From contig JAPPPS010000105.1 of NCBI GenBank assembly GCA_028817405.1, forward strand, positions 6,757 through 70,756: a DNA stretch of 64,000 nucleotides, in the 5' to 3' direction. Origin of the DNA: Gammaproteobacteria bacterium. Its GTDB lineage: Bacteria > Pseudomonadota > Gammaproteobacteria > Arenicellales > Poriferihabitantaceae. This document shows positions 29,885-37,786 of the stretch, piece after piece (position 1 is the first letter of the stretch; each line of letters starts with the position of its first letter). Below the pieces are notes generated by a model. It was not told the origin of the DNA, made no database searches, and was given only the letters and a program-made list of their open reading frames with translations. Made by a program: the position numbers and the translations under genes.

Positions 29885-31025
29885 CTTGTTGTCCGGTTGA
29901 CGGTTTTGTTTGGCCGGCGTGGTTCGCGCAGGAAATGATTTTTGCGGCGTAATCGATGTATTCTTTTTCGGTTTCCATGCCGATATGCCGGCGTCCAAGT
30001 TTTTCCGCCGCCAGATTGGTAACCCCGCTGCCGGCGAAGATATCCAAAACAACGTCATTCATGTAGGAATAATAACGGATGACGCGGCTGGCCAGTTCTT
30101 CAGGGAACGGGCATGGGTGGATATTTTCGCGCGGCGCCACCGGGCGAATATTCCACACATTCTTGCTCTGCTCTTGATAACCGGTCAAGTCCATCCGGTT
30201 CGCGCGCTTTTCAGCCGCCGTTCGGTCATGGTAGATGTTGTTTTTGGATTTTTCACCGGCCGGTTTTTGGAAGACGAAAACATACTCCACGGATAAACTC
30301 GGGTAGTAGTAGCCGGGATAAGGGTGTTGCATGAGAACGCCGCTGCGCTTGTCTTTGACAATGCCCTTTTCCCAGACAATATCTTCCTTGAACTGCCAGC
30401 CCAGTTCCTCCATCCAACAGACAAAATGAAACGGCAACGCCATGCGTTTTCCGCCCCAGGCCACCGGAGAAATGTTGACTACATTGTGTCCGCCGGGTTT
30501 GAGCACGCGATACAACTCTTTGAATCGGTCCACCAGGAACACTTTGTAAAATTGATATGATTGCTCTTTGCGCTCCCAATAGCGCACCTCGCCGCCGAGT
30601 TTTTTAATATGGTCGGCGTAGTTGATGGCGTTGTGGTAAGGCGGCGAAGTGAACGCCAGTATGATGCTGTTGTCGGCAAGCGTTTTTAGCCCGTCCAAAC
30701 AATCGCCGTGGATAAACTCCCCGCGCCCCGCCGAATACGTCTTCAGTTTTTCCCGGGTGGTTCTGAATCGCCCGCCCAACTCCAGCGCGGAAATGATTTG
30801 TAACGCCTTGTTTTTGCCGACTCCGTTAAATTTTGTCAAATCTCCCACGGTAACTTTCGTACCCAGGTTGGCGCGCAGATAATCCACCAACTCCCGGCTC
30901 AAGTTTTTGATGCTGTTATTTTTGGCCCCGGTGCCGAGCAAAACTGAAATCAACTCCTCCGTTGATAACTCGGACGGCGGATTTTCCAGCAGTTTCTCGC
31001 GGGGCTGTTGGGATGCGGAGGTCAT
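29862..31025 (-). CDS. beta-class DNA methyltransferase (SPPY, possibly N4-cytosine) with a RadC-N-terminal-like HhH domain
   Basis: The N-terminal 90 aa, 'PREKLLENPPSELSTEELISVLLGTGAKNNSIKNLSRELV...FNGVGKNKALQIISALELGGRF', resemble the RadC/UPF0758 N-terminal HhH region. Then come motif IV 'LAFTSPPYHNAINY' and motif I 'VVLDIFAGSGVT'. ATG at 31025; the ORF track uses a TTG at 31034. Confidence 0.85.
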   Translation of the reverse strand: MTSASQQPREKLLENPPSELSTEELISVLLGTGAKNNSIKNLSRELVDYLRANLGTKVTVGDLTKFNGVGKNKALQIISALELGGRFRTTREKLKTYSAGRGEFIHGDCLDGLKTLADNSIILAFTSPPYHNAINYADHIKKLGGEVRYWERKEQSYQFYKVFLVDRFKELYRVLKPGGHNVVNISPVAWGGKRMALPFHFVCWMEELGWQFKEDIVWEKGIVKDKRSGVLMQHPYPGYYYPSLSVEYVFVFQKPAGEKSKNNIYHDRTAAEKRANRMDLTGYQEQSKNVWNIRPVAPRENIHPCPFPEELASRVIRYYSYMNDVVLDIFAGSGVTNLAAEKLGRRHIGMETEKEYIDYAAKIISCANHAGQTKPSTGQQDEQRRPA

Positions 31026-31048
31026 GTTATCCAATGCAGTAGATGCGT

Positions 31049-33730
31049 TTATACCGTAACCGGATTTGGTTTATCCGGATTAATGCCGTATTTTTCCAGC
31101 GCCGTGCGGCAGGCGTCGGCCGGGAGCAGTTCGTCTTCGACCAATGCGTGCAGCGCTTGCGCCGTGACATGCGCGCTGTCGACTTCGAAGAATTTGCGCA
31201 GTTGCGCGCGGGTGTCGGAGCGGCCGAAGCCGTCGGTGCCGAGCACATAATACTTGCGCGGCACGAACGCGCGAATCTGCTCCGCATACAAACGGATGTA
31301 GTCGGTGGCGGCGATGACCGGGCCGGCGGCGTTTTCCAAACACATGCCGACGAACGATTGGCGCGGCGCAACATCTTTCGCGCCTTGATGCCGCGCGTTG
31401 TGACGGGCCGCGGCCTGGCCGTCGCGCGCCAGTTCGTTAAAACTGGTGACGCTCCAGATGTCCGAGGTGACTTGATATTCCGCGTCCAACATCTCGGCCG
31501 CGGCCTCCACTTCGCGCAAAATCGCGCCGCCGCCGAGCAGAGTGACTTTCAGACGGTTGTCCGGCTTGCCGACGCTGCGCAGCAGATACATGCCGCGCAC
31601 GATGCCTTCCTCGGCGCCGGCCGGCATGGCCGGATGCGGGTAGTTTTCGTTCATCACCGTGATGTAGTAGTAGATGCTCTCCTGCTCTTGGTACATGCGC
31701 CGCAAGCCGTCGTGAATGATGACCGCCAACTCGTAACCGTACGCCGGGTCGTATGAGACGCAGTTCGGCACCGTGGACGCTAACACTAAACTGTGACCGT
31801 CCTGATGCTGCAAGCCTTCGCCGGCCAAGGTGGTGCGCCCGGCGGTGCCGCCTAAGATAAACCCGCGCGCGCGGCTGTCGCCGGCCGCCCAGCACAAATC
31901 GCCGATGCGCTGGAAGCCGAACATGGAATACAAAATGTAGAACGGAATCGCGCACACATCGTGGTTGCTGTACGCGGTGGCCGCGGCAATCCATGACGAC
32001 ATCGCGCCGGCCTCGTTGATGCCTTCCTGCAGCACTTGGCCTTCGCGGCTCTCACGGTAGAACATCAACTGGTCGGCGTCTTCCGGCTCATAAAGTTGGC
32101 CCTTCGGCGAGTAGATGCCGAGTTGCCGGAACATGCCTTCCATGCCGAAAGTGCGCGACTCGTCCGGGATAATCGGCACGATGTGGCGCTTCAAATTCGG
32201 CTCGCGCACCAGCGCCGAGAGGATGCGCACGAACGCCATGGTGGTGGAGATGTTGCGCTTGCCGCTGCCGTCGAGTTGCGACTGGAACAGCGACAGCGGC
32301 GGTACTTCGAACGGCGGTTTGCTGAAAGTCCGGCGCGCCGGCAGAAAGCCGCCCAAGGCGCGCCGGCGCTCCAGCAAATACTGCGTCTCCGGCGAATCTT
32401 CCGGCGGACGGTAGAACGGCGCGCGCGCCACCTCCTCGTCGGTCAGCGGAATGTTGAACCGGTCGCGGAACGCCAACATCGCGTCCTCGCCCATTTTTTT
32501 CTGCTGGTGGGTGGTGTTCTGGCCCTCGCCGGCCTCGCCCATGCCGTAGCCCTTGACGGTCTTGGCGAGAATCGCGGTCGGCTGGCCGCGGTGCTGCACC
32601 GCGGCCGCGTAGGCTGCGTAAATTTTATGCGGGTCATGGCCGCCGCGGTTCAGCCGCCACACATCGGCGTCGGTCATGTTGGAGACCATCTCGCGCAGTT
32701 CCGGGTATTTGCCGAAGAACTTCTCGCGCACGAAGCCGCCGTCCTTGGCTTTGAACGCCTGGTATTCGCCGTCCACCGCTTCTTCCATGCGCTGCTTCAG
32801 CAAGCCCTTGTCGTCGCGCATGAGCAGCGGGTCCCAGTAGGAACCCCAGATGACTTTGATGACATTCCAGCCGGCGCCGCGGAACTCGCTCTCCAATTCT
32901 TGGATGATTTTGCCGTTGCCGCGCACCGGGCCGTCCAAGCGTTGCAGGTTGCAGTTGACCACGAAAATCAGGTTGTCGAGGTTCTCGCGCCCGGCCAGCG
33001 ACAGCGCGCCGATGGACTCCGGCTCGTCCATCTCGCCGTCGCCGGGGAACGCCCACACCTTGCGGTCGCCGGCGTCCACCAGGCCGCGGTGGTGCAGGTA
33101 TTTCATAAACCGCGCCTGGTAAATCGCCATGAGCGGCCCCAAGCCCATGGACACGGTCGGGAACTGCCAGAAGTCCGGCATCAGCCACGGATGCGGGTAC
33201 GACGAGACGCCGTCGCCGCCGACCTCCTGGCGGAAGTTGCGCAGATGCTCCTTGTTCAACCGCCGCTCCAGATACGCGCGCGCGTAGATGCCCGGCGCGG
33301 AGTGGCCCTGGATGAACAGCATGTCGCCGAGTTGCGCGTCGTTCGGCGCGCGCCAGAAGTGGTTGAAGCCGACATCGTACAGGGTCGCGGCCGAGGCGAA
33401 ACTGGCGATGTGGCCGCCCAACTCGCTGGAGACGCGGTTGGCGCGCACCACCATGGCCAGCGCGTTCCAGCGAATCAGCGCGCGGATGCGCCGTTCCAGC
33501 GCGTGGTCGCCGTCGCTGCGCTGCTCCAGATGCACCGGAATGGTGTTCAGATACGCGGTGTTGGCGCGGTACGGAATGTGCGCGCCGGAGCGCCGCGCGT
33601 GGTCGATGAGTTGCTCGATGAGGTAGTGCGCGCGCGCGTGGCCCTCGCGCTCGATGACCGCGCTCAGCGCGTCGAGCCATTCGCCGGTCTCGACGGCATC
33701 GACATCGGGCGGCGGCTGGTTTTCGGACAC
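31049..33730 (-). CDS. aceE: pyruvate dehydrogenase E1 component (homodimeric type)
   Basis: 'DVDAVETGEWLDALSAVIEREG' N-terminus like E. coli AceE, ThDP motif 'GDGEMDEPES' and length near 890 aa. GTG start at 33730 is preferred over the ORF-track start at 33850. Confidence 0.95.
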   Translation of the reverse strand: MSENQPPPDVDAVETGEWLDALSAVIEREGHARAHYLIEQLIDHARRSGAHIPYRANTAYLNTIPVHLEQRSDGDHALERRIRALIRWNALAMVVRANRVSSELGGHIASFASAATLYDVGFNHFWRAPNDAQLGDMLFIQGHSAPGIYARAYLERRLNKEHLRNFRQEVGGDGVSSYPHPWLMPDFWQFPTVSMGLGPLMAIYQARFMKYLHHRGLVDAGDRKVWAFPGDGEMDEPESIGALSLAGRENLDNLIFVVNCNLQRLDGPVRGNGKIIQELESEFRGAGWNVIKVIWGSYWDPLLMRDDKGLLKQRMEEAVDGEYQAFKAKDGGFVREKFFGKYPELREMVSNMTDADVWRLNRGGHDPHKIYAAYAAAVQHRGQPTAILAKTVKGYGMGEAGEGQNTTHQQKKMGEDAMLAFRDRFNIPLTDEEVARAPFYRPPEDSPETQYLLERRRALGGFLPARRTFSKPPFEVPPLSLFQSQLDGSGKRNISTTMAFVRILSALVREPNLKRHIVPIIPDESRTFGMEGMFRQLGIYSPKGQLYEPEDADQLMFYRESREGQVLQEGINEAGAMSSWIAAATAYSNHDVCAIPFYILYSMFGFQRIGDLCWAAGDSRARGFILGGTAGRTTLAGEGLQHQDGHSLVLASTVPNCVSYDPAYGYELAVIIHDGLRRMYQEQESIYYYITVMNENYPHPAMPAGAEEGIVRGMYLLRSVGKPDNRLKVTLLGGGAILREVEAAAEMLDAEYQVTSDIWSVTSFNELARDGQAAARHNARHQGAKDVAPRQSFVGMCLENAAGPVIAATDYIRLYAEQIRAFVPRKYYVLGTDGFGRSDTRAQLRKFFEVDSAHVTAQALHALVEDELLPADACRTALEKYGINPDKPNPVTV

Positions 33731-33917
33731 GGGCGGGACGGTGGCGGCGGGTTTGGCGTTCGGGGACGGCGGGGACGGTCGGGGAGCGACGGCCGGGATT
33801 GTAGCGGAATTTTTGGTCGCGGGGCCGGGGCGGCCGGGGGCCGGGGCCAACGGCGGTTACGGGGATGGCGGCGGGCCGGGGCCGCGGCCGGCCGCGCCGG
33901 GCCGTGGCCGGCCGTGG

Positions 33918-35366
33918 TTATGCGGCCGCGGTCGCGGTGATGGCCTCCATGGCGCGCAGAAAAACCGCGACTTCATCGGCCGAGTTGTAGTGCGCCAGCG
34001 ACACGCGCACGCAGGTTTCCAAGCCCAGCGGGTCCAGGATGTTGGCGGAAAAATAGTCGTTTTTGCGGGTGTGGACGCGCACCCCGCGGTCGCCGAGTTG
34101 GCGCACCACTGTCGCCGCCGGCGCGCCGTCCACCGCCAGCGACACCAAGCCCTCGCGGCGCGGATTGGCGGCGCCGCCGATGACGGTGACGCCGGGCATG
34201 GTCGCCAAACCGCGCCGCCCGCCGCCGCCGTTCAGCATGCAGTCCACCAGGTGTTTTTCATGCGCGGCGATGGCGCGGCCGGCGGCGACGATGCGCGCGC
34301 GGCGGCTCGCCGCGGCGGCGTCGACTTGCCCGCCCAACCAGTCGAGGTAATCCACCACCGCGCTGAAACTGGCGTACGCCGCGGCGTCGCGGGTGCCGAG
34401 TTCCCAGAAGTCGTCCGCGGTGCCGTCGAGATGCTCGTGCGGCGCGCGACTCAAGCGCGGCGACAACCACGCGAAACCGTAGTTGTGGCGCGAAAAAACC
34501 TTGTAGCCGGAGACCGCGTACGCGTCCGCGTCGATGCCGGCGGCCGCGACCCCGCCGTGCGGCGCGTGCTGGATGCCGTCGACGATGATGAAACACTCCG
34601 GCGATGCCGCGCGAATTTCCGCCGCCACCGCCGCGACATCCACCGCCATGCCGCTCACCGGGCTGGTGTGGATGACGGTGGCGACCCGGGTGTCGGCGAA
34701 ACCGTCGCCCAAGCGCGCGCGGTAGGCGGCGGCGTCGACGCTGCCGGTGCGCGGGTCGTGGGCGACGGCGGTGTAGCGCGCGCCGACATGCGCGGCCCAG
34801 CGGCGGGCCGCGCTGGCGGTGGCCGGGTGTTCCAGGGTGGAGCCGAGGACTTGCCATTTTTTGCCGTGCTCACCGTCGCGGCCCCGGCCCCGGTCGCGGG
34901 CGGCGGCGGCCAACACCGCGGCGCGGATGACCCGGAACAAACATTCGGTGCCGGATTCGCCGACGAAGATGACACCGTCGCCGGGGTCACCGTCACCGCC
35001 CCCGCTTAACGGACTGCGGGGGTGACGAGGGGGGGCATCACCGCCCCCGCTTAACGGACTGCGGGGGTGACGAGGGGGAGCATCACCGTCACCATCACCG
35101 TCACCGTCGCCGCCGACACCGAGGAAAGTCGCCATATCGGCCCGCCCGCGCGCAATCAACCGCCCCATTTCGGCCGAGGCCGGGTTGTCGCGCCCTTGGT
35201 TATCCGGAATCGCCGCCAACTTTGCCGCGACCTCGACCACCGATTTCAGCGTCAGCGAGCCGCCGGCGTTCTCGAAGAAAATCCGCGGGCCCTGGTACGG
35301 ACAACGCTCGACATGATGAAACCGCGCGCGAATTTCCTGCAGCAACTGGGCGTCGAACGCGCTCAT
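33918..35366 (-). CDS. class-V aminotransferase-fold PLP enzyme, cysteine desulfurase/desulfinase-like
   Basis: 'FFENAGGSLTLKSVVE' and the PLP-lysine region 'SGYKVF'. The ATG at 35366 overlaps the tctA TGA (ATGA). Interrupted in frame by the palindromic element at 34981-35110. Confidence 0.8.
   Translation of the reverse strand: MSAFDAQLLQEIRARFHHVERCPYQGPRIFFENAGGSLTLKSVVEVAAKLAAIPDNQGRDNPASAEMGRLIARGRADMATFLGVGGDGDGDGDGDAPPRHPRSPLSGGGDAPPRHPRSPLSGGGDGDPGDGVIFVGESGTECLFRVIRAAVLAAAARDRGRGRDGEHGKKWQVLGSTLEHPATASAARRWAAHVGARYTAVAHDPRTGSVDAAAYRARLGDGFADTRVATVIHTSPVSGMAVDVAAVAAEIRAASPECFIIVDGIQHAPHGGVAAAGIDADAYAVSGYKVFSRHNYGFAWLSPRLSRAPHEHLDGTADDFWELGTRDAAAYASFSAVVDYLDWLGGQVDAAAASRRARIVAAGRAIAAHEKHLVDCMLNGGGGRRGLATMPGVTVIGGAANPRREGLVSLAVDGAPAATVVRQLGDRGVRVHTRKNDYFSANILDPLGLETCVRVSLAHYNSADEVAVFLRAMEAITATAAA
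34999..35078 (+). repeat. two tandem 45-bp copies of the palindromic element CCCCCGCTTAACGGACTGCGGGGG-TGACGAGGGGG
   Basis: Identical hairpins at 34999-35022 and 35044-35067 (7-bp GC stems, 10-nt loop). Each is followed by TGACGAGGGGG and flanked by GTCACC arrays. Read in frame on the minus strand as DAPPRHPRSPLSGGG x2. Confidence 0.9.
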
Positions 35367-36871
35367 GCGGGGCCGGCCCCGCCCGCGGATTTTTTGAAGA
35401 ACGCGCGGTAGATGCTGGCGAACAATGTGATGAAGCCGGCGATGAGAAGAACCAACGCAATCGGCCGGCCGATGAATCCGCTCCATTCAAAATGCAACAT
35501 CTGCATCGCCTGGGCGAAGGTTTGCTCGCCGATTTTGCCGAGAATTAAACCGAGCACGATGCCGGCCACCGAGTAACCGGAGCGGCGCAAAAAGAATCCG
35601 ACCACGCCGGCCACGAACATGGCGATGATGTCGACGGTCAGGCCGCGCACCGCGTACGCGCCGACCGTCGCCAACAACAAAATCAACGGCGCGAGAAACT
35701 GAAACGGCACCCGAAGGAGGTTGATGATGGTGCGCGTCTCCAAATAGCCGATGAGGAGAATCGACAGGTTGGCGAAGAACATCGCGGCGAACACCACCCA
35801 CACCAAGTCGGCGCTGTTGAGGAACACCAGCGGGCCCGGCTCCATGTCGTGCATCTGAAACACGCCGACCATCATCGCGGTCAGCGCGCCGCCGGGCAAG
35901 CCCAGCGCGAGAAGCGGAATCATGGCCGCGCCGGTGGCCGCGTTGTTGGCGGTCTCGGAGGCGATGACGCCTTCCATTTTGCCGCGCCCGAACTCGCGGC
36001 GGTTGCGCGACCAACGCACCGCTTCGTTGTAGCCCATGAACGCGGCCAAAGTGGCGCCGATGCCGGGCAGGATGCCGCAGAAAAAACCGATGAAGATGGA
36101 GCGGATGATGGCGATTTTGTGCGCGACCAACTCGGCAAGCGTGGGGAAGTCGACGCTCATCTTCGGCGCGCGGTAGACGCCGCGCGCTTTCTTTTCCGCC
36201 TGAATGAAAATCTCCGAGACCGCGAAGAAGCCGAGGATGGTGGGGATGAAATGAATCCCCGCGAGCAGATACGGCATGTTGAAATCATACCGCGCGATGC
36301 CGCCGACCGGGTCCAAGCCGACCACGGCGATGGTTAGCCCCGCGAGAATCGACAGCCAGCCTTTCCAAAAAGTCTTCGCGCCCACCGACGCCGCCACCGC
36401 CAAGCCGAAGAACACCAGCGCGAAAATCTCCGGCGGGCCGAACGCGGAAATCGCCCACGCGGCAATCGGCGCGGTCGCGGCCATCATCACCACGGCCGAC
36501 AAACAGCCGCCGATGGCCGAGCACATGACCGCGGCCCCGACCGCTTTGCCGGCGCGGCCGTTCTGCGTCATCGGATAACCGTCGAACGCGGTCGGGGCGT
36601 TTTCCGGCGCGCCGGGAATGTTGAACAAAATCGCGGTGATGGCGCCGCCGTAGACGCCGGTGCAGTAAATCACCGAGAACAGCATAATGCCGTGCTCGGC
36701 CGACAGATGCGCGGTGAACGGAAGGAGAATCGCGGCCAAGGTGAGCATGCTCACCCCGGGAATCGCGCCGAACAGCATGCCGCCGATGACGCCGCCGAGG
36801 AACACCAACACGCCGACCGGGTCGCTGAACAACGCGACCGTGCCGCCGATGAAGTTGGAGAAGGTTTCCAT
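35363..36871 (-). CDS. tctA: tripartite tricarboxylate transporter large permease TctA
   Basis: 502 aa, polytopic. 'FGAIPGVSMLTLAAILLP' and 'FNIPGAPENAPTAFDGYPM', typical of the TctA/DUF112 family. Confidence 0.9.
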   Translation of the reverse strand: METFSNFIGGTVALFSDPVGVLVFLGGVIGGMLFGAIPGVSMLTLAAILLPFTAHLSAEHGIMLFSVIYCTGVYGGAITAILFNIPGAPENAPTAFDGYPMTQNGRAGKAVGAAVMCSAIGGCLSAVVMMAATAPIAAWAISAFGPPEIFALVFFGLAVAASVGAKTFWKGWLSILAGLTIAVVGLDPVGGIARYDFNMPYLLAGIHFIPTILGFFAVSEIFIQAEKKARGVYRAPKMSVDFPTLAELVAHKIAIIRSIFIGFFCGILPGIGATLAAFMGYNEAVRWSRNRREFGRGKMEGVIASETANNAATGAAMIPLLALGLPGGALTAMMVGVFQMHDMEPGPLVFLNSADLVWVVFAAMFFANLSILLIGYLETRTIINLLRVPFQFLAPLILLLATVGAYAVRGLTVDIIAMFVAGVVGFFLRRSGYSVAGIVLGLILGKIGEQTFAQAMQMLHFEWSGFIGRPIALVLLIAGFITLFASIYRAFFKKSAGGAGPA

Positions 36872-36887
36872 GTTTTTGCGCGCGCGA

Positions 36888-37661
36888 TTATTGCAGAATC
36901 GTTACCAAGCCGGTACCGATTTCATAAAACGGACTCACATTGCCGGTCGGCAAGCCGACATACAACACGCTGACGAACAGCAGCAGCAGCACGCCGAGAA
37001 TCACCGCGGCCACCAACGCCATCGGGCCGCCGCGCCGCTCGCCCAACAAAAACATCACCGCCAGAATAAAAAACGGCGCCAGCGCATAAAAGCCGAAGTC
37101 CTGCATGAACGCGGCGAACAACACCGGCAACGCCAACATCGCGCCGACGCGGTTGGCGCGCGCGCCGAGCAAGTAAAGCGCGATGACGGCGGCGGCGGTG
37201 GTTAACTTGACGGTGTGCAGCGCGCCGCTTTGCTCGGCCGTCAACCAACCCGGCAGCAACAGATACAAAAACGGTAGCGCGAGAATGCCGAAGGTCGAGG
37301 CGTACCATTTAACGCCGGCCATGCCGTCCGCGCCGGTGTGATGCGATTCACGCGCCGCGGTCTCGGCGCCGTCATCCGAGGCCGCCGCCAACATATCGCG
37401 CGCGCGCGCGGCGGTTTCACCGTCGCCACCGTCACCGTCACCGTCACCATCGCCGCCGCGCCGGTCGACTTTCCAGTGATAAAGCAGTTGCCCGACCGCG
37501 GCCACGGCAATCAACAGCAGCACCGCGCGCGGCCACGCCGAGGCGCCGAACCGGTAGATTTCGATTGCCTTGTCGAAACGAAACGAATAGGCGTACAACA
37601 ACCCGGCCAACGCCAGCCACAGCGCGGCCTCGACCAGATGACCGGTTTTTAAGTTGCCCAT
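36888..37661 (-). CDS. tctB: TctB-like small permease, enlarged by a hydrophilic Gly/Asp-rich insert
   Basis: Lies between tctC and tctA and has multiple TM helices. ATG at 37661. Insert '[24 protein letters not shown]...HHTGADG' at nt about 37325-37469. Confidence 0.7.
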   Translation of the reverse strand: MGNLKTGHLVEAALWLALAGLLYAYSFRFDKAIEIYRFGASAWPRAVLLLIAVAAVGQLLYHWKVDRRGGDGDGDGDGGDGETAARARDMLAAASDDGAETAARESHHTGADGMAGVKWYASTFGILALPFLYLLLPGWLTAEQSGALHTVKLTTAAAVIALYLLGARANRVGAMLALPVLFAAFMQDFGFYALAPFFILAVMFLLGERRGGPMALVAAVILGVLLLLFVSVLYVGLPTGNVSPFYEIGTGLVTILQ

Positions 37662-37749
37662 GGTGTTGATGCGGCGAGTATCGCAACGCCACCGCCGCGG
37701 TTGCAATAACAACGCGCGGCGATGGCGGGATTCAATTCAAACGACGCTG

Positions 37750-37778
37750 TTGCGCGACGCGCGTTGCTTGTCGCGCAA
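37750..37778 (-). terminator. intercistronic stem-loop after tctC (9-bp perfect stem); attenuator or mRNA stabiliser rather than a strong terminator
   Basis: ttgcgcgac (37750-37758) pairs with gtcgcgcaa (37770-37778) around an 11-nt loop. Only a weak U tract (GUUUGAAUU) follows on the minus strand. Confidence 0.4.
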
Positions 37779-37786
37779 AACAACCG

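Noticed and set aside
29885-30058. Extension of the Dam-like ORF by 58 codons, overlapping the 3' end of the upstream methyltransferase gene.
   Set aside because: The D12-class homology starts at PLRYPGGKSR, just after the internal ATGs at 29884 and 29851. The extension is out-of-frame overlap with a real gene.
27841-31050. The 8-bp direct repeat ATGCGTTT at both edges of the aceE-aceF cassette (27841-27848 and 31043-31050), considered as a target-site duplication.
   Set aside because: The same 8-mer also occurs inside the cassette (28092-28099) and elsewhere (for example near 18003), so a chance match is plausible. It is worth checking against an empty site but is not reported as a feature.
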